Positions 21,611 to 32,958 of a stretch of DNA of 64,000 nucleotides are shown here, piece after piece. Below the pieces are notes generated by a model. That model did not search any database and was not told where the DNA came from. It worked only from the letters and a program-made list of their open reading frames with translations. The number at the start of each line of letters is the position of its first letter. The first letter of the stretch is position 1. The stretch comes from an uncultured Methanoregulaceae archaeon (GTDB lineage Archaea > Halobacteriota > Methanomicrobia > Methanomicrobiales > Methanospirillaceae): positions 512,001 through 576,000 of the forward strand of contig OY970343.1 in NCBI GenBank assembly GCA_963717525.1. The letters run 5' to 3'. The translations under genes were made by a program, and so were the position numbers.

Positions 21611-23431
21611 ATGGCATTTTCGTTCCCTTACGGCTTCACCCCAACAAAACGGATCACCATAATTGCGATAATCATCGGGGTTATTGCCGGTTTCGGCTCC
21701 GTTCTTTTTTACGAGGGGCTCAAATGGGGAACAGCATTTTTCATGGGGTACCTTCTGCACTATGCCTACCCGCAGGAAGGCCAGAGCGTTGCCGCGATCA
21801 GCCAGTGGTCGGAACCAAATTCGCTCGTCCTTTTAATTCCAATCATGATATTAGGAAGCCTCTTGTCCGGGATCCTTGTCACCCGGCTTGCGCCGGAAGC
21901 AGAAGGCGATGGCACCGATGCAGCGTTCAAGGCATTCCACAGCGATGGCAGGATACGGAAACGGATTCCGGTCTTAAAAGCGATCACGTCAATCCTCACG
22001 ATCTCAACCGGGGGAAGTGCAGGAAGGGAAGGGCCTGCCGCCCAGATCGCGGGAGGTTTTGGATCCCTTGTTGCGGAGATGTTCGGCCTCTCCCCCCGGG
22101 AGAGGAGAATTGCACTCGCAACCGGGATCGGGGCAGGGATCGGGACCATATTCAAGGCACCGCTGGGCGGGGCGGTGCTTGCTGCAGAGGTACTCTACAC
22201 CCGGGACTTTGAATCCGACGCGATCATCCCGGCATTTATTGCATCGGTGATCGGCTATGCAATTTTCGGGTTCTTCGAAGGATATGCGCCCATCTTCTCG
22301 CTCAACCCGCTCGCCTGGACCCTCTGGCAGATCCCGCTCTTCATCCTGCTGGGTGTCCTGTGCGCGGCGTTCGGGTTCCTCTTCATCTTTGTTTACTACT
22401 GGAGCAACGACCGGTTTATCTCGGTATTCAAAAAGCATGATCTCCCGCAATACTTAAAACCAGTCGCCGGTGCCCTCCTCCTTGGGGGATTTGTTATCGG
22501 TCTTGCCCTCATCTCCCCGCAGGCAGAGACGCTCGGCCTTGCCAGCCTTGGAACCAGTTACGGCTTCGACCAGCTCATGTTGTATTCCCTGCTCCCGATT
22601 GCAGTTGTACTGATGCTGCCGTTTGCCAAGATCCTTGCAACCTCTCTCACCCTTGGCTCCGGGGGAAGCGGGGGGGTGTTTGCCCCGGGGCTCACCATCG
22701 GGGCCGCGGTCGGCGCAGCGCTCGGGGTAACCCTGCACCTGCTCTTCCCGGCGTATGTCCCGGTTGAAACGATCCCGGTCTTTGTGGTTGTTGGCATGAT
22801 CTCCCTCTTTGGGGCTGTGGCAAAGGCACCTGTTGCCGTTCTGATCATGGTTGTCGAAATGGTGGGGAGCATCACGATCCTGATACCGGCGATGGCCGCG
22901 GTCGCCGTCTCCCACCTGCTGACCGGTGAAAAGGGTATCTTCAAGGACCAGGTGCCCACCAAGGCCCAGTCCGGCGCCCACCGGGGGGAGTATGACCACG
23001 AAACCCTCGAAGGAATACTGGTCCGGGACGCAATGACACCGGGGGAGGCAGTCGTCACGCTCTCCCCTGCAGATGAGCCGGCAAAAGTCGTCGACCTCAT
23101 GACAAAAACCGGGCATACCGGTTTTCCCATTGTTGAGAACGGCCGCCTTGTCGGGATTATAACGAACCGGGATGTGAGCGCGCTGCGGGCCGCAGATAAG
23201 ACGTGCCCAAGCATACATGAGGCCATGACATTCAAGCCGTTTATCATTCATCCGGATGATACCCTTGAGGATGCTCTTGCCATCATGGTCGGCCAGAACT
23301 TCGATCACCTTCCGGTAGTCCGGAAGGAAACACCGGATATGCTGGCCGGTTTTCTTACCCGCTCCGATATCCTGAGAACCTACGTTCAGGCAGGTTATCT
23401 GGCAGCGTGCCAGAAACAAAAATCTCCATGA
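21611..23431 (+). CDS. ClC-family chloride channel/antiporter with tandem CBS domains
   Basis: GGSAGREGP, GGSGGVFAP and many transmembrane helices; C-terminal CBS pair. Confidence 0.92.
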   Translation: MAFSFPYGFTPTKRITIIAIIIGVIAGFGSVLFYEGLKWGTAFFMGYLLHYAYPQEGQSVAAISQWSEPNSLVLLIPIMILGSLLSGILVTRLAPEAEGDGTDAAFKAFHSDGRIRKRIPVLKAITSILTISTGGSAGREGPAAQIAGGFGSLVAEMFGLSPRERRIALATGIGAGIGTIFKAPLGGAVLAAEVLYTRDFESDAIIPAFIASVIGYAIFGFFEGYAPIFSLNPLAWTLWQIPLFILLGVLCAAFGFLFIFVYYWSNDRFISVFKKHDLPQYLKPVAGALLLGGFVIGLALISPQAETLGLASLGTSYGFDQLMLYSLLPIAVVLMLPFAKILATSLTLGSGGSGGVFAPGLTIGAAVGAALGVTLHLLFPAYVPVETIPVFVVVGMISLFGAVAKAPVAVLIMVVEMVGSITILIPAMAAVAVSHLLTGEKGIFKDQVPTKAQSGAHRGEYDHETLEGILVRDAMTPGEAVVTLSPADEPAKVVDLMTKTGHTGFPIVENGRLVGIITNRDVSALRAADKTCPSIHEAMTFKPFIIHPDDTLEDALAIMVGQNFDHLPVVRKETPDMLAGFLTRSDILRTYVQAGYLAACQKQKSP

Positions 23432-23586
23432 TAAGGAAGCGAAATAGATTCTGATACGATGACGGGACTTTTCACTTCTCAGGTTCCTTGGTGCACCCTA
23501 GGACTTTTTATAAGGGTATGTGACTTCATACCCCCTGAAGTTAATTCACGAAAACTACAATTGTTTAAAAAATAAAATAAAAATAT

Positions 23587-24015
23587 ATGGTGGGGACTGA
23601 AGAAGCACAATTTTTTATAGAAATATTTGCGAAGCCCACTATTTTTGTAAAACTTAAAAAATCCCTCAGGCGACTGTTTACAAGCAGTTCCGGGATTATC
23701 AATATGCGCAATCGCTTAATCAAAGAATATAAACTGCCGTTCACAGAACGCATAAAAATAGATTCTTTGGATTTTGAGGATTCCTGGTCTAAACAGATGA
23801 TTATCGATCATTTTGATGAGCGTATCAAAACATTACCTGAAGAGATGATACTGGATCTTTATGGGGATTATTTAAAATCAAAAACCATGAAAACCAAATC
23901 CGGAAGAGATGCTGTTAACAATTACATCTTGCATTTCCTCGAACTAAGCTATAACCTCGACACTTGGTTCAGTAAAGAAAAAATGGTCGCACGAAGTAAG
24001 AAAAAGCGATTCTGA
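23587..24015 (+). CDS. Hypothetical protein, AT-rich
   Basis: 142-aa ORF in a low-GC segment; no recognised motif. Confidence 0.5.
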   Translation: MVGTEEAQFFIEIFAKPTIFVKLKKSLRRLFTSSSGIINMRNRLIKEYKLPFTERIKIDSLDFEDSWSKQMIIDHFDERIKTLPEEMILDLYGDYLKSKTMKTKSGRDAVNNYILHFLELSYNLDTWFSKEKMVARSKKKRF

Positions 24016-24039
24016 TTTTGATTTATTTTACCGCCAGCC

Positions 24040-24330
24040 CGATCATCGGCTCCCCTCAGGTTGATCGGGATAGTTGCCATCTGTGCCGCCACCATCCAAC
24101 CGATTCCCTGATGCGGCCGGATATAATTGTAATACGTCAGCATCTTGGCGGCGAACTCATCAGCACCGACAACACTGTCGAAACTACGGGCACCTGGTGC
24201 ACTCCATGAATGTCCCGGTAAAGTGTTCGGGGATGCTATTTTTCGGCCTGGTTTTTAAATCCTTCAATCGGATATGGGGGCTTTGGATGCATCCCGTAAC
24301 TTTTGATCTTTACACACGTACTGGTGCATG
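24040..24330 (-). mobile_element. Degenerate DDE transposase C-terminal fragment (IS6-like)
   Basis: Broken frames KNSIPEHFTGTFMECTR / SFDSVVGADEFAAKMLTYYNYIRPHQGIG...AQMATIPI match the N..ER..GT....YN..RPH..L...TPA end of DDE transposases; catalytic Glu region degraded. Confidence 0.6.
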
Positions 24331-24352
24331 ACGCACCTTAACTAAAAAGAGG

Positions 24353-24526
24353 TTACTTGGGTGGGGCAGCTTTTGTCTCACATTTCATTGCCATTTTGAT
24401 CCCAAGTATAATGATCAGGATACCGGCAACATCAAGGAAATATGCTGTGTACATACTCGCGAGTCCGCCCACCAAGAGACAGAGTCCGACTAAAACCAAT
24501 AATACTGCTGCAATTACTTTACTCAT
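24353..24526 (-). CDS. Small two-helix membrane protein (57 aa)
   Basis: GGAGG RBS then MSKVIAAVLLVLVGLCLLVGGLASMYTAYFLDVAGILIIILGIKMAMKCETKAAPPK*; not in the ORF track. Confidence 0.65.
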   Translation of the reverse strand: MSKVIAAVLLVLVGLCLLVGGLASMYTAYFLDVAGILIIILGIKMAMKCETKAAPPK

Positions 24527-24943
24527 GTTAATGCCTCCAATTCAAACCAGTGGCAGCCCGGAACTTTCACAAGGGAGAAGTTCACAGGACAAGCTACCAG
24601 ACACGCATATGGATAGTCCTGTAGATAAAGATATGTCCGAATTTTTATATTTGAAAAATCGCGCGAAAGAAAAGAACCGGTGAAGGAAGATGGCATTTCT
24701 CTGAAATTTATGGTCATTATTCATAATCAGTCCCCCACGCAGCGACAACCGTATATTTTTTGGTTCGTAAAAACCATATTCGGGTGTCAGTATTGCCCCC
24801 TCTTCCCCTCCATGGGGCGGTGCGGCACCGGTCCTTCCAGAAAATCCCGGTGCCCCCTCGCGCTGACCCAGCAGCAGAGGCAGCCCTGATCATTCGGGCC
24901 GGACCGGAATAGACGTCCCCTCCCGGTATATCAGCAGGGAAAA

Positions 24944-25180
24944 TTACGCGATGTTCTTCTCGCTGGCCCGGATAATCTCAATGACCTGTTCAAGGATTGC
25001 CTGGCCTTCCGCGATCGTTGCAAAATTTTCCGTCGTGATCCCGGTCTGGACCGCCGACATCGCCGTGGTGATATATGCCATCAGGTTTACCGGCAGCGAC
25101 TCAAAACAGTCTTCAAGATCCATCTTATAGCGTTCCTTATTGATGCGCCGTGCCTCTTTCATGAGACTGGGGTAGTCCAT
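24944..25180 (-). CDS. Hypothetical protein
   Basis: 78-aa ORF with a GAGGA RBS and host-like codon usage. Confidence 0.6.
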   Translation of the reverse strand: MDYPSLMKEARRINKERYKMDLEDCFESLPVNLMAYITTAMSAVQTGITTENFATIAEGQAILEQVIEIIRASEKNIA

Positions 25181-25393
25181 ACGCGTACTGTCCTCATCTC
25201 TTTTTGAGATGTCCCGGGTATTTATGCGTAGGGGAACGCGATCCCGGGGCGTCCTTGGCCGAAGGTCGTGGACGGGGCAATCCGGGCCGTACCAGGGAGA
25301 GGTCTGAGGCAGGGGGGATTGCGACTTGCCATCTCTTCCGGGTTTTGTGGCCCGTGCTCCACCGGTTTATTGTGTCGGACTGGGAGAAAGCGG

Positions 25394-27813
25394 TCAGGCT
25401 GCCGGGTTCTTCCGGACAAATGCTTCAAGCGCCTTGCGGAGTTCAGCGGTGCGTTCCCGGATCACGTCGAAGGATTTTCTTTGCCAGTAAATAAGATCCC
25501 GCAGCTCCTCTGCCTGCTTCACAATCCGGGCATCGAGCCTATGCTTTCCTTTCAGGGTACTCAACCTGGTTCACGAGGTTTACTGCCTCGTACAGGATGT
25601 CGCGCTTTCCTTTCGCGTACAGGAGATCCCAGGACTTCTGCTCGTGCCGTTCGAAATCCGTACCGTCGAGTGTACCTTTGACTTTCTCAAGCGCGGCGTC
25701 GAAATGCCGCCGGGTTATTTTAATGGATTCATCCGGCGTCTCATTGTCCTCCCCGGCACCATGATCGCCGGTCAGCTCATCGATCACGAGAGCCTTGGCT
25801 TCCCGTACCAGCCCTTCGAGATCAGCCCCGACAAAGAACCGGGTCTGTGCCGCGAGATCATCGATGTCCACTCCGGGGTCGAGGATACCGTCCAGGCTCC
25901 TGAGATAGGTGGCGAGGATAGCTTTCCGTGCCGCCTCGTCGGGTGGTGGGATGTACAGGTGTTTTTCCAGCCGGCCCGGGCGCAGGAGAGCCGGGTCGAG
26001 CAGGTCGGGACGATTGGTCGCTCCGATCACAAATACCTCCTTCAATTCTTCGACACCGTCGAGCTCGGTTAAAAACTGGGAAAGGACGCTTTCGGTGACA
26101 TGCGTAGAGTCGTTTACCGTGCCCCTTTTGGGGAAGAGCGCATCGATCTCGTCAAAGAAGATAATGCAGGGCGCGGACTGCCGCGCCTTCCGGAACGCCT
26201 CCCGCACATGCTTTTCTGAATCGCCTACGCCTTTTGCGAGGAGCTCCGGGCCTTTGACCGAGATGAAGTTGAGGTGGCGCTTGCTTGCGATGCCTTTCGC
26301 GAGCAGCGTCTTTCCTGTGCCCGGCGGACCAAAGAGCAGGATGCCTTTGGGGGATTTATAACTCAGTTTTTCAAAGATCCGGGGGTACCTGCAGCCGTCC
26401 CTCGATAATTTTGATGAGGGTGTCCTTGGTCTCATCGAGGCCCGCGATATCTTCCCACGCGACATCGGGGACCTCGATAAGGACCTCCCGCAGGGCGCTT
26501 GGCTGGACGATCTTCCGTGCGGCATCGAAGTCTCCTTTTGTGAGCCTGAGCTGGTCGATCACCTCGTTGGGGATCTCCTTGTCGATGTCGATAAGGGGGA
26601 TGATCTTCCGTATCGCGTTCATCGCTGCTTCTTTAACAAGAAGCGCGATATCGGCGCCGACAAACCCGAAGGTAGTCTCCGCAAGTGCTACGATATCCAC
26701 ATCCTTTGCCAGGGGCACGCCCCGGGTATGCACCTGGAAGATCTCGAGCCGGCCCTTCTTGTCGGGAATACCGATCTCGATCTCCCGGTCGAACCGCCCG
26801 CCCCTCCTGAGTGCCGGGTCGATGGAGTTGGGAAGGTTTGTCGCCGCAATCACGATGACCTGCCCCCGGCCGGCGAGCCCATCCATCAGGGCGAGCAGCT
26901 GCGCGACGATCCGGCGCTCCACCTCGCCCTGCACATCCTCGCGTTTCGGAGCGATCGCATCGATCTCATCGATGAAGATGATGGAGGGTGCATTCTCCTC
27001 CGCATCGTGGAACTTGTCACGCAGGGCTTTTTCACTGTCCCCGTAAAACTTGCTCATGATCTCAGGGCCCGAGAGCGAAAGGAAGTGGGCATCGACCTCG
27101 TTTGCCACAGCTTTTGCGATAAGCGTCTTTCCTGTGCCCGGTGGGCCATAGAAGAGGACACCCTTGGGGGGTTTGATCCCCAGTTTCTCAAAGATCTCCG
27201 GGTGGCGCAGCGGGAGCTCGATCATCTCCCGGACCAGCTGGAGTTCCCGTTCGAGCCCCCCGATATCCTCGTACTGGATCGTGGAGATCTCCCGTTTCCC
27301 CTCTTCCGGGTTAAAGGGCTCATCCTTGAGCTCGATCTCCGTGTCATCGGATACGATGGCGATGGCCCGGGGGGTGACCCGGACGATGACAAAAGTCACG
27401 GAATTGCCGATGATATCGACCCGCAGCGTCTGGCCCTCGACTACCGACCGCCCCCGCAGGACCCGGGAAAGGTACTGCTCTCCCCCCACGAGCCGGGTCG
27501 CTTGAGCCGGCTGGATCACCACTTTTGTGGCATATACGGCCTCGGATTTGCGGATCTTCACTTTCTCATCGATGCCGGCATTCGCGTTCGCCCGGATACT
27601 CCCGTCGATACGCAGGATGGCAAACCCGATATCCTCGGCAAAGCCCGGCCAGACGATCGCAGCCGCGTGCCGCTTCCCCACGATCTCGATGACGTCCCCG
27701 GAGACCAGGTTCAGTTTCTTCATCACGTCGACACTGAGCCTGGCTATGCCACGGCTGGCATCGTTATGCGCCGCCTCTTTGACTGTTACCTCGAAAAAAT
27801 CCGTCTCTGCCAT
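25394..27813 (-). CDS. cdc48: CDC48/VCP-family AAA+ ATPase (frameshifts near 26385 and 25555)
   Basis: N domain, two GPPGTGKT Walker A motifs, [15 protein letters not shown] and [11 protein letters not shown]; third frame ends AFVRKNPAA*. Confidence 0.9.
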
Positions 27814-28029
27814 CAGGGCCCCGTACTCATTCTCATCCCTCTGGTTTGGTGCGGAGACCTATAAAAATACCAGTCAGGACAGCAGGATCCTCAAGGACCG
27901 GTGTGGCTGGATGAGTAGCAATAGCTTATTTTTCTAAAAACAATTTTACTTGTTTACATAACAAGCCAGATTTCGTCCATAAATGCAAAACCGAGCCTTT
28001 ATTTTGTCGTTTTGTGGTACTGGTAAGGT

Positions 28030-29307
28030 ATGAGTATCGTTGGTGATGCCAAACGCGGCATCGTAACAGATGAGATGAAACAGGTCGCACACCAGGAAGG
28101 AGTCACCGAGGACTTTGTCCGGCGCAGCGTTGCCGAAGGCCACATCGTGATCCCGGTCTCGCCCTACCGCAAGGTGAAGATCTGCGGCATCGGGGAAGGC
28201 CTCCGCACCAAGGTGAACGCCTCGATCGGGACCTCCACCGATATTGTGAATATCCCTGAAGAGATCGAGAAAGCACGGCAGGCCGAGCTTGCGGGCGCTG
28301 ACACCCTCATGGAACTCTCGACCGGCGGGGACTTTGCCGAGATCAGAAGACAGATCGTCGCCAATACCACGCTCTCCGTGGGGAGTGTCCCGCTGTACCA
28401 GGCTTTTATCGAGGCGGTCAAGAAGGACGGCGCAGTCGTCGACATGAAAGAGGACGACCTCTTCCGTATCACGGCAGAGCAGGCAAAACTCGGCACGAAC
28501 TTCATGGCGATCCATACCGGCATCAACTGGGAGACGGTCAAAAGGCTCCGCAACCAGGGCCGGCATGCCGGGCTCGTCTCCCGGGGCGGCGCGTTCATGA
28601 CCGCGTGGATGCTCCACAACGAAAAGGAGAACCCGCTCTACTCCGAGTTTGACTACCTTCTGGAGATCATGAAGGAGCACGAGGTCACGCTCTCGATGGG
28701 GAACGGCATGCGGGCAGGGGCCATCCACGATGCCACCGACAGGGCAGGCATCCAGGAACTCCTGATCAATGCCGAGCTCGCGGACAAGGCGCATGCGCAG
28801 GATGTTCAGGTGATCGTCGAAGGCCCGGGCCACGTGCCGATTGACGAGATCGCCACAAACGTCCAGCTCATGAAGCGGGTCACCAACAACAAGCCGTTCT
28901 ACATGCTCGGGCCGATCGTGACCGATATCGCGCCGGGCTACGATGACCGGGTCGCCGCTATCGGCGCAGCGATCTCATCATCGCTTGGTGCCGATTTTAT
29001 CTGCTACGTCACCCCTGCCGAGCACCTTGCGCTTCCCACTCCGGAAGAGGTGTTCGAGGGCGTTATCAGTTCGCGGATCGCCGCCCATGTCGGCGATATG
29101 ATAAAGCTCAAGAAGACCCGGGCGGCAGACCTCGAGATGGGTCACGCCCGGCGCGACCTCGATTGGGAACGCCAGTTCGCTGTCGCCATGAACCCGGCCC
29201 GGGCAAAAGAGATCCGTGCAGAGAGGATGCCGGCCGATACCGATGGCTGCACGATGTGCGGGGACTTCTGCGCCATCAAGATCGTCAACCGGTATTTCAA
29301 GTTCTAA
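28030..29307 (+). CDS. thiC: Phosphomethylpyrimidine synthase ThiC (or a BzaAB/F-like paralogue)
   Basis: TKVNASIGTS, LSTGG, SRGG, EGPGHVP, CYVTPAEHL and CTMCGDFC motifs. Confidence 0.9.
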   Translation: MSIVGDAKRGIVTDEMKQVAHQEGVTEDFVRRSVAEGHIVIPVSPYRKVKICGIGEGLRTKVNASIGTSTDIVNIPEEIEKARQAELAGADTLMELSTGGDFAEIRRQIVANTTLSVGSVPLYQAFIEAVKKDGAVVDMKEDDLFRITAEQAKLGTNFMAIHTGINWETVKRLRNQGRHAGLVSRGGAFMTAWMLHNEKENPLYSEFDYLLEIMKEHEVTLSMGNGMRAGAIHDATDRAGIQELLINAELADKAHAQDVQVIVEGPGHVPIDEIATNVQLMKRVTNNKPFYMLGPIVTDIAPGYDDRVAAIGAAISSSLGADFICYVTPAEHLALPTPEEVFEGVISSRIAAHVGDMIKLKKTRAADLEMGHARRDLDWERQFAVAMNPARAKEIRAERMPADTDGCTMCGDFCAIKIVNRYFKF

Positions 29308-29392
29308 GATAATCCTTTTTTTTGACTGTCGTTTCCTGCAGATCGGATCATCTCTCTCCTCAACCACGCATGCTAAATAATCCCGTCTCACA

Positions 29393-30205
29393 ATGATCCC
29401 TAACGGTGATGCTATCAGGCTGAATTTTGGTGGTTTTCTCCCGCTCTCGACCGTGGACTGGCGGGGCCGGTCGGTCTGTACCGTCTTTTTCCGGGGCTGC
29501 CCGCTCCGGTGCTCGTACTGCCAGAACGCCGCGATCCTGACCGGTGAGGACCTGCGTGACACAGAGGAGATCATCGACCTGATCAAAGGCTCGAAGATCG
29601 CAGCGAACGGTGTGGTCTTCTCCGGGGGTGAGCCCACGATGCAGAAGGACGCGCTCCTGGTGCTCGCCCGCGCAGCAAAGGATCTCGGCCTTGTCGTGGG
29701 CATCCAGACCAACGGACTCTTCCCCGGTACGCTGGATGCGCTCATCCGGGAGCGGCTTTCAGACCGGATCGCCATCGATTACAAGACACAGTGGGAGGGC
29801 TTCTCCTGCGCAGGGAACAGTGCAGGGCTCTCGTCTGCAAATTACCGGAAGAACGTGCGGCAGTCGGTAGAGATCGCAGCCGGTGCGTTCCGGGAAAAAC
29901 GCCTTCCAGAGTTTGAGATCGTAGTAACCGTATTTTATGAGAATGCGAAATACTTACAGGAGATTTCACGCATGTTCGGCGACATCCCGCTCGTCCTCCA
30001 GCAGGGAGAGCATAAGATCCCGATGGTCCCGGGCGGGGTGACCAACGCGTCCGCCTACCTGGCAGAAAAACAGGCCGGCCTCGGGCAGTATACTCCTCTT
30101 TCCCTTGCAGAGATCAAAACGATCGCAGACGGGCTCAAGAGGGACGTCCGGATCCGGACCCGGGAGATCGGAGAGATAGTATATAACCGGAGGTATCTCC
30201 TGTGA
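29393..30205 (+). CDS. Radical SAM activase (anaerobic RNR-activating-like)
   Basis: STVDWRG, GCPLRCSYCQN and SGGEPT motifs; start uncertain. Confidence 0.8.
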   Translation: MIPNGDAIRLNFGGFLPLSTVDWRGRSVCTVFFRGCPLRCSYCQNAAILTGEDLRDTEEIIDLIKGSKIAANGVVFSGGEPTMQKDALLVLARAAKDLGLVVGIQTNGLFPGTLDALIRERLSDRIAIDYKTQWEGFSCAGNSAGLSSANYRKNVRQSVEIAAGAFREKRLPEFEIVVTVFYENAKYLQEISRMFGDIPLVLQQGEHKIPMVPGGVTNASAYLAEKQAGLGQYTPLSLAEIKTIADGLKRDVRIRTREIGEIVYNRRYLL

Positions 30206-30750
30206 AAGTGATCGGAGTCGTCGGGCTTCCCGCAAGCGGTAAAGGAGAGTTTTCAAAGATAGCGGAGCGCCTGGGGATCCCGGTTGTTGTCATGGGCGAC
30301 GTGGTACGGAACGCCGTAAAAAAAGCCGGCCTCCCCCCAACCGATGGGAACCTTGGCGCGATGGCCAACCAGCTCCGTTCTGAACGCGGCATGGATGCGA
30401 TCGCCATTCTCTGCGTGGATACCATCCGGGAGCACAACGCCCCCCTCGTCCTCATCGACGGCATCCGGGGCGATGCTGAAGTCCGGGTCTTCCGGGACAA
30501 TTTCCCGGGTTTCCGACTCATAGCCATCGAGACTTCGTTTGAAAAAAGGCTTGCACGACTCTGCGAACGCAAACGCAGTGACGACGTGGGATCCGCAAGC
30601 GGGCTTGCGACCCGGGACGAGCGCGAGCTCGGATGGGGACTGGGCAACGCCCTGGAACTGGCAGATATCAGGCTCGACAATGACGGCAGCCTCGAAGAGT
30701 TTACCAAACGCGTGACAGAGCTGATCCGGAGCATGGAGCGTGATGCATGA
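30202..30750 (+). CDS. P-loop nucleotide kinase-like protein (UPF0200/dephospho-CoA kinase-like)
   Basis: GLPASGK, MGDVVR, IDGIRG and RDERELGWG motifs. Confidence 0.8.
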   Translation: MKVIGVVGLPASGKGEFSKIAERLGIPVVVMGDVVRNAVKKAGLPPTDGNLGAMANQLRSERGMDAIAILCVDTIREHNAPLVLIDGIRGDAEVRVFRDNFPGFRLIAIETSFEKRLARLCERKRSDDVGSASGLATRDERELGWGLGNALELADIRLDNDGSLEEFTKRVTELIRSMERDA

Positions 30751-31519
30751 CCCTTCGCCCGTATTTCTCTTCTTCGGCAAAGGTCTGGGACGATATCAGG
30801 TGGGTGTACGACATCGAGGAGGCCGGCTATGCCGGCTGGGAGATCGTCGCTGACGGCAACTACCGGTTCGAGCGGCCCGAAAACCTTGAGAAGATAAAAG
30901 AAGTGGTGGCAAGCACCCGGCTGGGCGTCACCGTGCATGCGCCCTACGGGGATCTCAACCTTGCGACCCTCAACGATCCGATCTGGCGCGAGTCCATCCG
31001 GCAGATCGAGGTTTGCATCGAAAAGGCAGGGGATCTCACTGACCGGGTCACGATCCACCCCGGTACCTCTCGCCGGCGGGCAAACTCCTTCCCCAGAAAG
31101 TCTGGGAACTCCAGAAAGAGGCCCTGCGCCGGATCGGGAAGTGTGCAGTGGAACACGGGGTACTTGCCTGCCTTGAGAACATGATCAGCCAGAAAGAATT
31201 CCTCTGCCGGGATGCCGGGGAGCTCATGGGGATGGCCGGCGGGATCGAGGGCATCGGTCTAACGTTCGATTTCGGGCACGCGAACACGGTGGGCAAGGTC
31301 CCCGAATTCCTTGCGCAGGTCGGCTCGGCTAACCACATTCATATCCATGACAACCACGGCGTCCTGGATGAACATCTCATGCTCGGTGCCGGGACCATCG
31401 ACTGGAAGACCGTTGGTGCAGCGATCGCCGCCAGGTACAGCGGTGTGGTCGTGATCGAAGGCCGTTCTGTTGAGGAAGCAAAGAAGAGCCTTGCCGTCTT
31501 TTCGGAGTGTTTTGTATGA
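30747..31519 (+). CDS. Sugar phosphate isomerase/epimerase (AP-endonuclease-2 TIM barrel), frameshift near 31065
   Basis: TVHAP..DLN, TIHPG / LENM, TFDFGHA, HIHIHDN.G..DEH and VIEG motifs. Confidence 0.8.
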
Positions 31520-32454
31520 GCGGTGAGACCCTCCAGGTCTATTTCCTTGGCACGGCAGGGGCGCTCCCCACCCCGGTGCGCAACCCGCCCTGCATCATGA
31601 TCCGGCGCGGTACCGATACGATCCTCTTTGACTGCGGGGAAGGGGCGCAGCAGCAGATGATGCGGGCGCGGTGCGGGTTTACGGTCGATGCCATCTTCGT
31701 GACTCACTGGCACGCGGATCACTTCCTCGGGATCTTCGGCCTTGTCCAGACCATGTCGTTCAACGGCCGCACCGAACCGCTTACCCTCTACGGCCCTGTG
31801 TGGGTGCATGAGTGTGTCGAGACCATAAAAAAGATCGGACGGTTCAACCTCAAGTTCCCCCTCGATTCGGTCGAGCTATCGGAGGGATCATGGGTGCGCT
31901 TTAACGGTTACACGGTAACCGCGTTTGCCGCAAGCCACGGCCTGCCCGCACTTGGGTATGTGCTCGAAGAGGACCCGCGCCCGGGCCGGTTCGACCGCGA
32001 ACGGGCCATCGAACTGGGCGTGCCGCCCGGCCCTCTCTTTGGCCGGCTCCAGCGCGGCGAGACGGTCAAGGTGACAAAAGACGGAGAGGAGCGGGAGGTG
32101 CTCCCCTCGGACGTGATGGGTGCGCCGCGCCCGGGCCGGAAGATTGTCTACACCGGGGATACGCGCCCGGTGATCCCGGCGCTTCTCTCGTACGGGAAAG
32201 AAGCAGATCTCCTCATCCATGACGCGACCTACGATGAGAGCGAGAAGAAGCGTGCCGCCGAGTTCTATCATGCGACCGCAGCGCAGGCCGGTCAGGCAGC
32301 CGCCGCCACCGATGCCCGGGTCCTTGCCCTCACCCATATCAGCTCCCGGTACACGGATACCGTAGCTCATGCCGCCGAGGCAAAAGCCGCGTTCTCCGGT
32401 ACCGTTATCATTCCTGACGACCTGTTTATGCTGGATGTTACGTACCGGAACTGA
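31516..32454 (+). CDS. rnz: Ribonuclease Z
   Basis: FLGT, FDCGEG.Q, THWHADH, GVPPGP exosite, YTGDT and LTHISSRY motifs. Confidence 0.95.
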   Translation: MSGETLQVYFLGTAGALPTPVRNPPCIMIRRGTDTILFDCGEGAQQQMMRARCGFTVDAIFVTHWHADHFLGIFGLVQTMSFNGRTEPLTLYGPVWVHECVETIKKIGRFNLKFPLDSVELSEGSWVRFNGYTVTAFAASHGLPALGYVLEEDPRPGRFDRERAIELGVPPGPLFGRLQRGETVKVTKDGEEREVLPSDVMGAPRPGRKIVYTGDTRPVIPALLSYGKEADLLIHDATYDESEKKRAAEFYHATAAQAGQAAAATDARVLALTHISSRYTDTVAHAAEAKAAFSGTVIIPDDLFMLDVTYRN

Positions 32455-32582
32455 AGCGGCCGGGGGCTTTTTTGTTCAGAAAACAGGTCAAAGCAATCCT
32501 TTTCAGGTCTGACCTGTGGACAGGGAATAATCTGGATATTGTGATGAGGGTGGTAACCTTCGTACTCCCCATTGCGATGAAC

Positions 32583-32676
32583 GCCGCCGCCCCCGACGGG
32601 GCGCCCCCGCGGCGGATCAGGAATGATAAAACCGCACTTGCCCCGCCGTGCCCCGAAAGGGCCCTGAGGCGGGGAG
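32583..32676 (+). repeat. Dispersed GC-rich structured repeat, copy 1
   Basis: Near-identical reverse complement at 61075..61168. Confidence 0.85.
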
Positions 32677-32958
32677 GCATCACTTGTCGTAACGAGTCGT
32701 TTTTAATTTTTATAATTCGAGAGTGACCCGGATCGGTTTATACCAGTTTCTCAATGGTACTCGTTCTCCTGTTTTTTCGTACAGCTTTTTTTTTACCTGC
32801 AATAACAAGTGCCGGAATGACAACTAACATAACCCTCCGGTGACTATTCATGGTACACGCTGGCAATGCTGTGTGCCGGTTAACGAAAAAACGATACAAA
32901 TACAGAGATAAGTCACATACCATATCGTTTCGTTTCGCCGTGCGTGTGGAGAAAGAAC

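Noticed and set aside
27850..28029. TPP riboswitch upstream of thiC
   Set aside because: No CUGAGA or other TPP aptamer core is visible; the region is short and AT-rich.
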